Below are positions 36,745 through 47,543 of a stretch of 63,929 nt of DNA, piece by piece. The position numbers were made by a program, and so were the translations under genes. The first letter of the stretch is position 1. Every line of letters begins with the position of its first letter. Source of the DNA: a virus (lineage: Duplodnaviria; Caudoviricetes); IMG/VR virus record IMGVR_UViG_3300034117_000797, positions 1-63,929 of that record. One strand, 5' to 3'. Under the pieces are notes generated by a model. It worked only from the letters and a program-made list of their open reading frames with translations. It was not told the DNA's origin and made no database searches.

Positions 36745-39387
36745 TTATTGATTTGATGAATTGATAGTAGTCGTACTTGTAGTAGGAACTCCTTGAGCTT
36801 CCGCAGCTTTTGGAGCAGTGTATCCAAGAGTTCTGTCAAGGTACTGCTGACCAGCTGCATTGGCAATGTTTATCGTTTCCCCTGTAACAAAACCTGGAAC
36901 AGGTGAATAATAAATGACTTCATCTCCAGTGGCTTTATTCTCTATTGACTTTTGAATATACGCTTGATGCTGTATTGTTGCATATGTAATTCTTCCTGAT
37001 TCTGCTGATGCTTCATATGCAGCATTGTTTGAACCATCTGCCTTAAGATACTCCTGTTTCCCTGTCTGTCTATTTATGAAGGCAACACGAACCTCTGTAT
37101 TAACTGGCTTCAGTTTTATGTTTGCGTAATCAGTATTCTTTATAGGCTTTCCACCCATGTAATAATTCTCAGAAGATGATGCAATTTCAGAAGCGGTCAA
37201 TGTCTTATATCCCCAAGAGCCATCCGCATTCTTTACACTAACCCCAATCTTAGTAGTTCTAGGGTCTCCTGGTTCTGAAGTCGCACCCCTAACAGGAACA
37301 TATGTAACATAAGTGCCATTTCCGTCAATCTCAATCTTCCCATCTTGAACACCAAAGTAAAGTTTATACAAAGCTTCTTGTCTTCTTTTAAGCTCTGCTC
37401 CAGTCACTCCAGAAGCATTTAAGGCAGCTATCTCTTGATTAAATGTTTTTCCTGTACCAGGGTCTCCAATACTACCCACCTCATGAATTGTTCTTGCGTA
37501 GCTTTCATTTTCTTTTTTATCTTGACGATTCAAGTTGAACTGTCTTCTTCTTTCGGCTAACTCCGCCTGAGCCATTGCATTATTGTCTATAGACTTGTAT
37601 TTAAGCTCAATGCTTTCCTTAGGAATTCTACCCTCAAAGTACTTGATGGCATCTTGAGTCTGTTCTTCGCTAACATTTTGAGCAGCACATATAGCGGTAA
37701 TAGATTTGACGTAATCCCCCGTAAAGTACTTCTTAATTCCCTCAACGTATTCATTAGAGCCTTCTTGAATACCACCATTTTTAACCATAAGGAAAAAGTC
37801 TTCACGCTCAGCGACAAATTTATCGCTGTCATATTCTCCTCCAGTTTTGAGGTTAATAGGCATTTGAGTCAAGTTAGCAGGCTTCAATGCTTCTGTTGCA
37901 TATTCCTCAATCTGAGGCATGACATTCACATAAGACAACACTGCATTCAAACTGTTTATCAAAGAACCTTCTCCGTTCATTGCCTTTTTCCAATCATCAC
38001 CCGTAGCATACAACACCTCTAAACATTTGTCTCTCATGTTATCAGGAAGGTATGTTTTATTGTCAGAATATGTCTTAAGAGTAGATTCAGCCATTGACAC
38101 AGCCTTCGTGTAGTCACGGGCTATAGCATTGGCATTGGCGAAAAATCTTGCTCCTTCTGGGCTTGATAATATAGCATTAGGGTCATCTCCGTATTTTTCA
38201 CGAAGACCTTCTACTCCACTAAAAAAGTAATCATCAAACACTTGTTGATATTGTTCAGCAGTTTGTGGAGCAGTAAGAATCTTGTCGATAGCTTTCTGTC
38301 TGTCTGCGGCAGCCTCTTTCAATGAGCGCATATGGGCATCAAATAACCCAAAAGGTATTCTAGCTCCAGGCGCAGCAAATATCGTAGCATTACCAAGGTA
38401 CTTACCACTATAGCTCCCCACGTTTATGTCTTTCCCTGCGTTTGGAAAGTAATCTATAGCATCAAGTTTTTCAATAGCAGTTACAGGTGTATTAGAGAAA
38501 CCAGTAAAAGCTCCATTTGTTATTTGATTCTTGACATCATTCTTTGTCATGTTCTGAGCAAAGCCATAACCACCGCCTTGCATCTGCTGAACAGCAGTAC
38601 TTCCGTCTCCACCAACAGGAGCGCTTACAGCTCCTTCAGTTCCCGTAGCTCCTGTAGCTCCTGTAGTTCCTGCCGCAGGAGTTACACCCCCATCAACAGC
38701 ACCCTCAGCTTGAGCCGCAGTATTATCTACTTGTTGTTGACCTATAGCATTTCCAACTTGAGCGGCATCAGTAGCAGACTCAGCATCAATACCATTATTG
38801 GCGTTTACCGCATTATTAGCAATAGCATTATCATCTTGCTTTTCAGAAGCGTTTACCGCCGTAGCGGCATCTGGAAGCTTCTTCATATCAGTCATAGTAG
38901 CATTACTATTATTGCCTATAGCTGATATTATTGCAGCTCCTGCAGTCGGAGCAGAAGTTGCTTCAGATTTTATTGCTCCATTAGCTAATTGAGTGTTGTC
39001 TTTAGCATCAATTTCACCCAGACTTGCCTTATAGTCTAATTGGGTTCTGACAGCTTTATCGACAGCCTCTTGTGTATTATCTTTAGAATAAGCTTCTACA
39101 GAACCAGGGTCAAAAGATAGACTACCGTCATTAAGTCTGGTAGCTTGTTTATCCCTCATGACAACCGTTATAGGCGCTTTCTTTTTATAGCCTGGGTCTT
39201 GAAGGTTTTTATCAAGGTCGTATTCTTGTTTCTTGAAACCAATCTTCTTATCGTCCTCAGCTATAACCTCGCTTATCTTTCGACCTCTACGTTCTCTTTT
39301 ATTATCATATCGCTCAGAGCGTCGTGTATCCTGCCTAACGTCTCTATCAAATCGACGTTCTTCTCTTGTGCGTTTCTCTTTAGCCAT
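36745..39387 (-). CDS. Internal virion / ejection protein
   Basis: 880 aa with a basic N-terminus and A/G/T-rich linker; between the muzzle and the giant protein. Confidence 0.6.
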   Translation of the reverse strand: MAKEKRTREERRFDRDVRQDTRRSERYDNKRERRGRKISEVIAEDDKKIGFKKQEYDLDKNLQDPGYKKKAPITVVMRDKQATRLNDGSLSFDPGSVEAYSKDNTQEAVDKAVRTQLDYKASLGEIDAKDNTQLANGAIKSEATSAPTAGAAIISAIGNNSNATMTDMKKLPDAATAVNASEKQDDNAIANNAVNANNGIDAESATDAAQVGNAIGQQQVDNTAAQAEGAVDGGVTPAAGTTGATGATGTEGAVSAPVGGDGSTAVQQMQGGGYGFAQNMTKNDVKNQITNGAFTGFSNTPVTAIEKLDAIDYFPNAGKDINVGSYSGKYLGNATIFAAPGARIPFGLFDAHMRSLKEAAADRQKAIDKILTAPQTAEQYQQVFDDYFFSGVEGLREKYGDDPNAILSSPEGARFFANANAIARDYTKAVSMAESTLKTYSDNKTYLPDNMRDKCLEVLYATGDDWKKAMNGEGSLINSLNAVLSYVNVMPQIEEYATEALKPANLTQMPINLKTGGEYDSDKFVAEREDFFLMVKNGGIQEGSNEYVEGIKKYFTGDYVKSITAICAAQNVSEEQTQDAIKYFEGRIPKESIELKYKSIDNNAMAQAELAERRRQFNLNRQDKKENESYARTIHEVGSIGDPGTGKTFNQEIAALNASGVTGAELKRRQEALYKLYFGVQDGKIEIDGNGTYVTYVPVRGATSEPGDPRTTKIGVSVKNADGSWGYKTLTASEIASSSENYYMGGKPIKNTDYANIKLKPVNTEVRVAFINRQTGKQEYLKADGSNNAAYEASAESGRITYATIQHQAYIQKSIENKATGDEVIYYSPVPGFVTGETINIANAAGQQYLDRTLGYTAPKAAEAQGVPTTSTTTINSSNQ

Positions 39388-39393
39388 TGTGAA

Positions 39394-40269
39394 TTACTTA
39401 ATTTTTTTCATAGTAAGACCAATCATATCATAGTAAACGGCCAAGTGTCCATCTTTAACGGTAACAGCATCAGGTCGACTTATCGCTACCTCCTGCGCCA
39501 TTACACCTCTGTATCGAGATGATGGGTCATTCTTATAGTTATATTCGTAAATGTTAAATCCATTTTCAACTCCTACATGAGAGATGTTTTCTTTAAGGTT
39601 TATGTCGGATGCAGCTGATGCGCCTTTGGCTATCATTGGCCCTACTTTCTTAATTATTCCAGAAAGCATTTTACCTTTACCTTTCATTCCACCGCCACCG
39701 CCGCCGCCGCCTGAGCCACCTCCGCCTCCAGCTGAACGGTCAATGCCTTTGATACCCGAACTCTTACCTTCAGCGGCCATAGCTGTAAGACCTGAGGCAA
39801 GATTGTCTTGACCTGCAGAAACATTCTGCTCAGCACGAGCCGCCATAGTTTGAGAACGATACATACCAATGTCAGACTTTCTTTGAGCCATTTCACTAAC
39901 TTGCGCAGCTTCTTGCTGAGCTAATTGACCCATTTCCTGAGCATTAGCAGTACGCATATTCTCTGCTTGTTGAGAAAGTAATTGTGATAGCACACCCGTG
40001 TTTACTTGTCCTCCCGCTTGGAATCCCGCATTACCCATGCTCTTCATTAACTGACGAACAGATGCACGGTCAGTATTGTTGGCTGTACCAGTTTGTAAAG
40101 CTCTGCGTCGACCTTGAATCATATTCAAGTATCCACGACTTAGCCTATCCTCTGGAGTAGGAAGCATTGCATCAGCTTTCTTGCGTTGTCTGAGACCTTG
40201 CGCCAACTGCGCACCCCCAGCGGTTACTGCCGCTGCGTTCTTAATAATTTTCATCCAAGGAACTGCCAT
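39394..40269 (-). CDS. Ejection/pilot-like protein with a C-terminal intramolecular chaperone (peptidase S74) domain
   Basis: Q/A/G-rich helical body, poly-Gly linker, SDINLKENI...Y.YNY...GVMAQEV....PDAV...VYY; promoter element at 40284-40291. Confidence 0.75.
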   Translation of the reverse strand: MAVPWMKIIKNAAAVTAGGAQLAQGLRQRKKADAMLPTPEDRLSRGYLNMIQGRRRALQTGTANNTDRASVRQLMKSMGNAGFQAGGQVNTGVLSQLLSQQAENMRTANAQEMGQLAQQEAAQVSEMAQRKSDIGMYRSQTMAARAEQNVSAGQDNLASGLTAMAAEGKSSGIKGIDRSAGGGGGSGGGGGGGGMKGKGKMLSGIIKKVGPMIAKGASAASDINLKENISHVGVENGFNIYEYNYKNDPSSRYRGVMAQEVAISRPDAVTVKDGHLAVYYDMIGLTMKKIK

Positions 40270-40295
40270 AATGTGCTTTTTTACAAAAATATGAA

Positions 40296-43200
40296 TTATT
40301 TCAATGCCTTATATTGAACTCCAGTGCTTACCACTAAGAACTCTTCGTCTGTAGTGCTAACAACCTTGAAGATAAGTACACGGCCTTGTTGTCTATAATG
40401 TGGTGCTAAATCCTTTCGTGGGATATAACACTCGTATCCGTAGTAGTCTTTAATCGCTATTGGATTGGCAACTGCATCTACCATGGATGAATAGTTGTCT
40501 GACTTGTAGTCATCATAGCTATCGTAGAAATATATCTGCTCTGGCTTTGAATTTGAGTTAACCCTAATGCGAATAAACTCTTTATCAAAGTAAGCGTCTT
40601 TATCTGATACTCCTGTGATATAGCATGTAATGTCACCATCAAATAACGTGTTTCCAATCCCAAGCTCAAACGTCTGAGCATCACGCATACCGTATAACTT
40701 ATGCCCAAGCTGAAGGTACTTATCGTAATTGTATGAACTTTGACACTGTAGAGCTTTTTGGTCTACACCGTAAATCATAGTTGAATGATTGAGTTCAAGC
40801 TCAATGTTGAATATGTACTCTTTGTTTTTTACATTGTAAACGCCACATAGATTGCTTTCGTATAGAGGGTTAAGCTTAGATAAGAATTGTCTTTCAAACA
40901 GCTCGTAGAAGCCATTACGGCTAAGCTCAACAAGCTCATTCTCTGCGAATGCAAATACACCTCTATCGTTCATGAAAAACAATGAGTTTGAGTACTCCGC
41001 CCAACTTCTCCACGTTTCATCGGTCATTCCAATCGTTCTATCAATCCATAACTGATTAAGAATACCCCCAACGTCTGAACCAACTGTAGCTAGTTCATTT
41101 GCATTGATTTCGTGTATAATCCTTTTATCAACTAACAACAGGCATACTCCGCTGTCTGTAATAGCATAAAGGTTGTTACCCTTGTCGTTAGATAAACAGC
41201 TAAATGCAAACTTGATTTCTCCTGTATCATCAGAGATGTCATAGAAATTCTTAGCAGCAAAAGTCTTTACAGTTGGAGTATTCTGAATGTTTATTGGTCT
41301 TCTTTCTGACCAAATGATTCGTGTACAATACTCCGTCTGTTCTGTAAAGCCAACGGCAGGCGTTGATGTATATATGGTTGTGGTCTGACTCTTTGTGTAA
41401 TCAATGTTTGTTTGAGGGCTAAATCTAAAGCCTCCAAATGACCACCAATTCCATTCGTATCCGTACTTGCTATAGTACAATGGATTTATCTTATTGTTGT
41501 TTTCAAATGTAGTTCTATCATCTTCACTACCCGTCTGCCATTTGTAAGGACGAGTAATATAGTTGATTAACGGGAAATGCTGGTCTATATTTGCCTTCTC
41601 AGGAGATTCATTGTTAAACGCAAAAGACAAGTTAATTCGTGTCTCCGCTGTCCACATGGTAATCATTTGACGAATCCATGCCCCACGAATACCCGTTTCA
41701 TTGAACTTAAATTTATCCGAGTTGGATGCATAGTTCCATATCGAGCCTGCCTTCTGCCAAACTCTATATCCATCAGCGTACTCATAACTCTTAAAAGGGA
41801 ATGGAATGTTCCACTTGAATGTAGCTAAAGAATCTTTAGGCTCTCCTGCCGCACCATACTCATTGTCCATTACCGCCCATATAGACTCATTTACATAGGT
41901 ATCTCCATTGAATATACGAACAGGGATTCTATTGTCATACTTCACATATACTTTTGAGCCTAATGGTATTGTTGTGAATGGTATATAAGGGCCACTTACA
42001 AAGTTGAAGTTCAATGTAAATACAGGACACATATCTTCTTGTGTCTGAGTGTGCGTGTATATACCATAGATTTGATAAGTACCTGATGGGTCAGTAACGC
42101 TGTAAGAGCCTGAAGAAGCTAATGTCGATAAAATCGCAGCAATAGTGATTGGAGACTCATTCGTTACGTTTAACCATCTTTTTTCTATCAAGAATTCATC
42201 AACAACATATACAAATCTGTAATAGTTAGAATACATGTTGTTCACCTCCCCATTAAATGTAGGGATGCAATCTTCCCATCGCTCAGACACAAGTTTTGCT
42301 GACTGCGAAAGTGAACCATCAGAATCAAGAATTAAAGACTTGAATTTGATATAGTTAGCGCAGTACTTGTATTGAGTAGTAAGCCCAGGGTTTATGTCTG
42401 AATTTTTAATTAAATTAACCACATACATTGGCTCTCTCCATTCCATAACTCCAGAATCATCTGCATTTAAGTTAGGATTAAATCCAGAGTTAGGACCTGT
42501 TTCATTATATATTTGAGCATCTACTTTAATGTTCAAATAAGATTGTGAACCAGAATACGTAGTAACATTGCTTGTTTGTAAAATATCAAAAACTGCATTT
42601 CCGTTTGTATTAAAAGGAAACGCTGGAGTAGAGCTATTAGCTGTGTTAGTAAACTTACCGTATGGAATGTAGTTATATCCAGTGAACGGGTCTGTAATTC
42701 CAGTATTATTCTCTAATACAGGATTAAATATAGGCTTACCATCGTCTAAGTCTATTCCGTCACGAATAATTCGTGGATATACAATCATATCAGCTCCCTT
42801 ATCTCTAATGTCCAATACATCATTGATGTGAGAATACACCTCTGTAAAATAACCTAAAGGAGACACAAACTGTATTTGATAACTTGTAGGATTATTCAAT
42901 ACATCTTCATACACCTCAGGGTACAATAAATCCAAATCTGGGAAATATGCCCAAATTGAATCCGTACTCTTAGCTCCATCTGCCTGCCCAAGCTTCTCCG
43001 CTTCTGACAATGAATAAAAACCAAATCCTTGAGCTACTACACGCATAGCAGGGTCTGTTTGAACAACAGAGAATCCATCAGCCCATTGCGAAGGATAGTC
43101 TTGAATTCCCTTGAAGGCATACCCCATTGAGTAATAGTCTAATCCAAATGCTTTAGGATTAAAGTCTTCACTTGGAGTTCCATTTAATCCTACTTGTTGA

Positions 43201-44810
43201 TTTATTCTATATTGATATGTAGTGTCAGTGTCATTTTGAGAAGTAGGAGTCAATACATTAAAAGGGTCATTTTCTTTAACAGAGATTAAATAGTCTCCGT
43301 TGCTGTCATCAAAAACCTCTCTTCTTACTGAATCATAATGGTCAAATACCTCATGCGTTTGATTCATGTTGCCATCTACGTCACGAGCGTACACAGTACC
43401 CATATAAGACATACCAAGAGACTCTGATGATAGTGGCTCTCGTCTGTTAGGAAATTGATAGTTTACAGCATTCCCAGGGATTTGCTCTGCGTATGTTGAG
43501 CTATGTTTTTCATCAAACAATACAACTGCAAATGCATGCTTTTCTCCACGCATATAACTTTTGTATATAGCAGAGTTATACACGTTCTTATGCCCTGCTT
43601 TGAATAACTTCTGAAGAACAGGGAACACAGGCTCTGTATCATCAACAAATGTTATAGTTCCACCTAAGTCTTTAGGTTTATATGCAACATTCATTAAGTA
43701 CAGCCTATCATTAAAATAACGAATAGACTTAGCACGTTCAACTGAATTGAACTGATTTGTTTGCTCTTCTAAGTCAAGAATTACTGCGCCCTCAAATGTT
43801 CCACTTGCTCTATCAAGAACATCTATGATATTTAAGCCTGCGACAATCGGAACACTTCCGATTATCTCAGAGATTGGTGGCACATCTATGGGTGTGCCAG
43901 TGTACCAAGAGTCTCTCCTAATTTCTATGTATGAGAATTCAGCATTATTTTCATACTTAATTCTAATATGGTTTCCGTATGGTGTATTACTGTTTATATC
44001 AGGAACAGAAGAAAATGTCCGTGTATTTGGAAAGTACGGAGAAAAGGCGGTGCTGTTATTTCTCACAACGGGAATCAATTCTGTAAACGGAGAGAATGGC
44101 GTTCTATCCCCCTGCGTTGTTACATAACGGTACGAGTAAGAATAGCTACCAACAGGAACACCTGTACCACCAATTACTGAATCATAAAGTCCTGATACTG
44201 ATGAAGTCTGTTTGATAAATGATGGTTTATGCAATATACCAGTTGACTGAATAGTGTACTTTTCTATATTGAATAAATCAAAGTATGTAAGGTCACATTC
44301 CGTATCAGGCAGCATACCAGAGTGCGTCATCAAGTCTTTCAACGAGAACACCATCGGAGGTGTGTTGTTGTTTGTGATATAGAACTCACCACTCACGCAG
44401 TTTTCATTTTTATGATACTGCAACGGGTAGTCAAGGTCAACAGGAAAGTATTCGCTCATCAACACAATCTGACCATCTACACGCATAAATGGTGGATAGT
44501 CTTTGGGGTCTGGGTGCGCCCATATTTCAATGATGTGGTCATCAATTTCTTGAGTCATCATACAAACATATCCTTCATCAATGATTCCTGGAACTTCCAA
44601 GAAACATCTGTTGTCTATGTTTGGGTAGTTAAGGTCTTCTCCTTTGATTTTCTTGGCAGCAAGGTTGTTTCCATCCATAGGCATACTACGCATATTCAAT
44701 GCGTCTACATGTCCACCTTCCTCACTTGCTCCAAGGATTTCCTTGTTTGTATCAGAAGATATTCCCTTTTCGTATGTCTTAGTATCTGTAGGATGGTGCT
44801 GTTGCTTCAT
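40296..44810 (-). CDS. Tail muzzle/stabilisation protein (crAss-like)
   Basis: 1504 aa, beta-rich; N-terminal KG...D...DALNMR pattern; YSYSYRYVTTQG; follows the ring-protein genes. Confidence 0.7.
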   Translation of the reverse strand: MKQQHHPTDTKTYEKGISSDTNKEILGASEEGGHVDALNMRSMPMDGNNLAAKKIKGEDLNYPNIDNRCFLEVPGIIDEGYVCMMTQEIDDHIIEIWAHPDPKDYPPFMRVDGQIVLMSEYFPVDLDYPLQYHKNENCVSGEFYITNNNTPPMVFSLKDLMTHSGMLPDTECDLTYFDLFNIEKYTIQSTGILHKPSFIKQTSSVSGLYDSVIGGTGVPVGSYSYSYRYVTTQGDRTPFSPFTELIPVVRNNSTAFSPYFPNTRTFSSVPDINSNTPYGNHIRIKYENNAEFSYIEIRRDSWYTGTPIDVPPISEIIGSVPIVAGLNIIDVLDRASGTFEGAVILDLEEQTNQFNSVERAKSIRYFNDRLYLMNVAYKPKDLGGTITFVDDTEPVFPVLQKLFKAGHKNVYNSAIYKSYMRGEKHAFAVVLFDEKHSSTYAEQIPGNAVNYQFPNRREPLSSESLGMSYMGTVYARDVDGNMNQTHEVFDHYDSVRREVFDDSNGDYLISVKENDPFNVLTPTSQNDTDTTYQYRINQQVGLNGTPSEDFNPKAFGLDYYSMGYAFKGIQDYPSQWADGFSVVQTDPAMRVVAQGFGFYSLSEAEKLGQADGAKSTDSIWAYFPDLDLLYPEVYEDVLNNPTSYQIQFVSPLGYFTEVYSHINDVLDIRDKGADMIVYPRIIRDGIDLDDGKPIFNPVLENNTGITDPFTGYNYIPYGKFTNTANSSTPAFPFNTNGNAVFDILQTSNVTTYSGSQSYLNIKVDAQIYNETGPNSGFNPNLNADDSGVMEWREPMYVVNLIKNSDINPGLTTQYKYCANYIKFKSLILDSDGSLSQSAKLVSERWEDCIPTFNGEVNNMYSNYYRFVYVVDEFLIEKRWLNVTNESPITIAAILSTLASSGSYSVTDPSGTYQIYGIYTHTQTQEDMCPVFTLNFNFVSGPYIPFTTIPLGSKVYVKYDNRIPVRIFNGDTYVNESIWAVMDNEYGAAGEPKDSLATFKWNIPFPFKSYEYADGYRVWQKAGSIWNYASNSDKFKFNETGIRGAWIRQMITMWTAETRINLSFAFNNESPEKANIDQHFPLINYITRPYKWQTGSEDDRTTFENNNKINPLYYSKYGYEWNWWSFGGFRFSPQTNIDYTKSQTTTIYTSTPAVGFTEQTEYCTRIIWSERRPINIQNTPTVKTFAAKNFYDISDDTGEIKFAFSCLSNDKGNNLYAITDSGVCLLLVDKRIIHEINANELATVGSDVGGILNQLWIDRTIGMTDETWRSWAEYSNSLFFMNDRGVFAFAENELVELSRNGFYELFERQFLSKLNPLYESNLCGVYNVKNKEYIFNIELELNHSTMIYGVDQKALQCQSSYNYDKYLQLGHKLYGMRDAQTFELGIGNTLFDGDITCYITGVSDKDAYFDKEFIRIRVNSNSKPEQIYFYDSYDDYKSDNYSSMVDAVANPIAIKDYYGYECYIPRKDLAPHYRQQGRVLIFKVVSTTDEEFLVVSTGVQYKALK

Positions 44811-44811
44811 G

Positions 44812-45036
44812 CTATTTGTTTTTGTATGGGAACGCTTTATTCAAAGTCTCTGCTCGGCCATCACAGCCACAGTCTTCAGCGCCCACTGCCTTAGCTGCAA
44901 ATTTAGCAACTTTATCAATACCTGTCGCTTTAGTGAATTTCGCTATAGTATCCCCTAATCCACGAGAAGGAGTACTCGTAGGTTTATTCCTTGAGTCTTT
45001 TCCTGCGTTCATAGCACCAGTTAAACTTCTTCTCAT
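44812..45036 (-). CDS. Small protein with a GLGDTI..CGC..R..LN motif
   Basis: Motif I recognise from Bacteroidota phages. Confidence 0.75.
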   Translation of the reverse strand: MRRSLTGAMNAGKDSRNKPTSTPSRGLGDTIAKFTKATGIDKVAKFAAKAVGAEDCGCDGRAETLNKAFPYKNK

Positions 45037-45371
45037 GACATTGCTTTTTTAATTGCTTTACCTTTCTTTGCAAATCGTTCTCCTTTACCTGAGCTTTTGC
45101 CTTCACGATATACAGTTGAACCTTTGCTCCATAAATCATGGAACGCCCACCATCCTGCTGTCAGTTTAGATGAGTTCCCTTCACTTGCATGTCTTCTTCT
45201 GTATTGCTCTCGTGCCTCAGGGCTGTAGTTTGAACTGTAACCCTTAGCTCCGTATCGAACAATCTTTTCCTGCCCATTAGCGCAAGCCTTTACAACACGT
45301 TTATGCTTACCATCATTAGCAGGCCTTGGGCTATTACAAGGCATTGAGTCTTTATTAACTTTTGAAGCCAT
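45033..45371 (-). CDS. Small basic phage protein (RYG...RH...AGWWA motif)
   Basis: 112 aa, coupled on both sides. Confidence 0.75.
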   Translation of the reverse strand: MASKVNKDSMPCNSPRPANDGKHKRVVKACANGQEKIVRYGAKGYSSNYSPEAREQYRRRHASEGNSSKLTAGWWAFHDLWSKGSTVYREGKSSGKGERFAKKGKAIKKAMS

Positions 45372-45763
45372 TATTTCCTGTATTTAGCTGTTTTCTCTTT
45401 AATGCTTTTTGGCTGTGGTACAAATTGTTTCCCCATTGCCATACCCAATCTCTTTGCTCTAGATGTTCTGCTGTATTCTTTAGAAGACAATGATTCTCTA
45501 GCCTCCTTTGGTAAATACCTCTCTCCAGTCTCTAGGCTTGGTTTACCACTCTTGGTTCCCCACTTTTCTTTAGTCCATTTTGATAAGCTGTTGTCAGAGC
45601 CTTTAGCCCCTTCGTATCCTCCACCTGCTTTCTTGTATTTAGCAACAGCTAGCTGAGCCTTTCGTGCAGACCATTGCCCAGGGTTTCCACCCTTAGAACT
45701 TGACTTAACCTCAGATACAATTCTGTTCCAAAGCTTTGGATTCGATTTCTTAGCAGTACTCAT
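45371..45763 (-). CDS. DUF5872-like basic protein
   Basis: GQWSARKAQL...YKKAGGGY, LSKWTKEKW, GERYLP. Confidence 0.75.
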   Translation of the reverse strand: MSTAKKSNPKLWNRIVSEVKSSSKGGNPGQWSARKAQLAVAKYKKAGGGYEGAKGSDNSLSKWTKEKWGTKSGKPSLETGERYLPKEARESLSSKEYSRTSRAKRLGMAMGKQFVPQPKSIKEKTAKYRK

Positions 45764-46038
45764 TTTACTTTTCTTCCGTATTTAAGTGTAGCCTGATTGG
45801 TCTTTGGGTCATAAGCGTAGTCTTCTGCGTCATTCTTAGAGAATCTAACTCTTCGTTCTATAGCACGTTCTTCTGCGCTCATATTATTTCTTTCAACTCC
45901 CTTTTCAGTAAGCTTAAGAGAATTAGGCTCTATCAATCCATTTTTACGCAAAATTCCTAATGCGTTTGAATAGGCGTTCTTATCACCCTTCTCTCTTAAC
46001 TGAGAGGTCAAGCGAATAAGGATTTTTGGCTTATCCAT
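45760..46038 (-). CDS. Small basic hypothetical protein
   Basis: 92 aa, coupled. Confidence 0.7.
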   Translation of the reverse strand: MDKPKILIRLTSQLREKGDKNAYSNALGILRKNGLIEPNSLKLTEKGVERNNMSAEERAIERRVRFSKNDAEDYAYDPKTNQATLKYGRKVK

Positions 46039-46811
46039 TACTTATGGTACATTGAACTGATATACTCTTCCATGGACTCCTTTTCACGAGTATCCATAGC
46101 TTTAATTCTTTTACGAGCCTTGTTCCAGCTTCCGCTTGTCAAGTCGTTAAGCTTTGTAGAAGCATCAACCCACAATGGTCGGTACATTCTTGGGTCACGA
46201 GATTTCATTGCATTGTAAAATCTTTCTTCTACATAGTCAACTACAGCACGCTCAAAGAATCGTGGTATGATAGGTAGGTCTCCATTCGGAACACCCATTC
46301 CATTTAATCGCATTCTAACGTAAGGAAATTCCTTACACTCCTTGCTAAACATAACAATTCCGTCTCCACTAATGTTATAGTAGTACTTAGGCCCATAGAA
46401 CCCTTGAAGGTTATGTTGCATCAATCGTTGGTTAGGTTGGAACAAATCGACAGCGTTACTTCCGTCGTCCTTCACCTTTGCTGTATATCCCGTTCCATCG
46501 TAGCTGTTGTCAAACAATCGTTTCCAATAAACTACTTGAGTCTTTTGAGGATTACACAAAGTACCATTGTATAGGTAAATTTCACGAAGGTTAAATGTAT
46601 TCTCTGGCATTTTGATACGGCAATTCTCGGGCATCTCAAAGTCATGAGTCACCTTCTGCCAAAACGTATCAAAAGATAGCTCCTGCATCGCATCTTGGAT
46701 ACGAGAGATATACCATCCTTTGCTAAATCCATTTCTAAATTCTGTGTCGTTTACTGTCGCTGTAATCTCAGCAAGTAAGTGGTCTACTGATACAAAGTCG
46801 TGAGATGTCAT
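46038..46811 (-). CDS. Tail ring/adaptor protein
   Basis: One of three consecutive ~250 aa genes between capsid and muzzle. Confidence 0.6.
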   Translation of the reverse strand: MTSHDFVSVDHLLAEITATVNDTEFRNGFSKGWYISRIQDAMQELSFDTFWQKVTHDFEMPENCRIKMPENTFNLREIYLYNGTLCNPQKTQVVYWKRLFDNSYDGTGYTAKVKDDGSNAVDLFQPNQRLMQHNLQGFYGPKYYYNISGDGIVMFSKECKEFPYVRMRLNGMGVPNGDLPIIPRFFERAVVDYVEERFYNAMKSRDPRMYRPLWVDASTKLNDLTSGSWNKARKRIKAMDTREKESMEEYISSMYHK

Positions 46812-47542
46812 TATTCTTCCATTTGTTGTGCTGATGAAGCATCAGGCAAGTTAATAGCTCTGTTTGCGTACATTTGATTATCAAGCTCCCCTCCGTCTTC
46901 ACCATCATTGATATTCTCTGTAGGCATCAACATAACGAATCGACCTAATTGCAATACCTGCATCATTAACTCTTGTATCAATTCATCAGGCAAGTTAACC
47001 TCCTCATCAAGGTCACAAAGAGTTTTGGGGTCTAATGTAGAGCGTATTGCTATCTCTACATCTTCAATGTTTATGCACTCTACCCCTAATAAATAAATTC
47101 TATTCACAGAAACTCCGTCAACAGATTGACCTACACGATAGAAGTAAGGAACCTTCACGCTTGGCTTAGTATATTCATCAAGATATAAATGCTGAACAGA
47201 ACCGATATTTGTAGGTGAAAACCACACTTGAGCAAAGTTAGGACCTTCGCACTTGCATGTGTCCACATTATATGTGATGTAAACTATACCTAAATTGTTA
47301 GGTAAGTCCATTACCTGAGACGGTAAATCTATGTACTTTCTACCTTTTGCATCCGTATGGACAGTAACGCTACTAAACGTAGAAACAAATAAGTCAGATT
47401 TTGTTGATAAATAATGCTGTGTCCGTAATCTATTAGACACAACCATTACCCAATACATAATTTGATTCAGCGTAAAATCGGCATCATCAAATGCTTGACT
47501 AAAATTCTTACTTAAATCGTAAACCAAATATCTATACGTCAT
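46811..47542 (-). CDS. Tail ring/adaptor protein
   Basis: Position and size; C-terminal LPDELIQEL pattern. Confidence 0.6.
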   Translation of the reverse strand: MTYRYLVYDLSKNFSQAFDDADFTLNQIMYWVMVVSNRLRTQHYLSTKSDLFVSTFSSVTVHTDAKGRKYIDLPSQVMDLPNNLGIVYITYNVDTCKCEGPNFAQVWFSPTNIGSVQHLYLDEYTKPSVKVPYFYRVGQSVDGVSVNRIYLLGVECINIEDVEIAIRSTLDPKTLCDLDEEVNLPDELIQELMMQVLQLGRFVMLMPTENINDGEDGGELDNQMYANRAINLPDASSAQQMEE

Positions 47543-47543
47543 A

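Noticed and set aside
39690-39730. GCC/CCG trinucleotide run as a contingency locus
   Set aside because: It encodes the in-frame poly-Gly linker; length changes would not shift the frame
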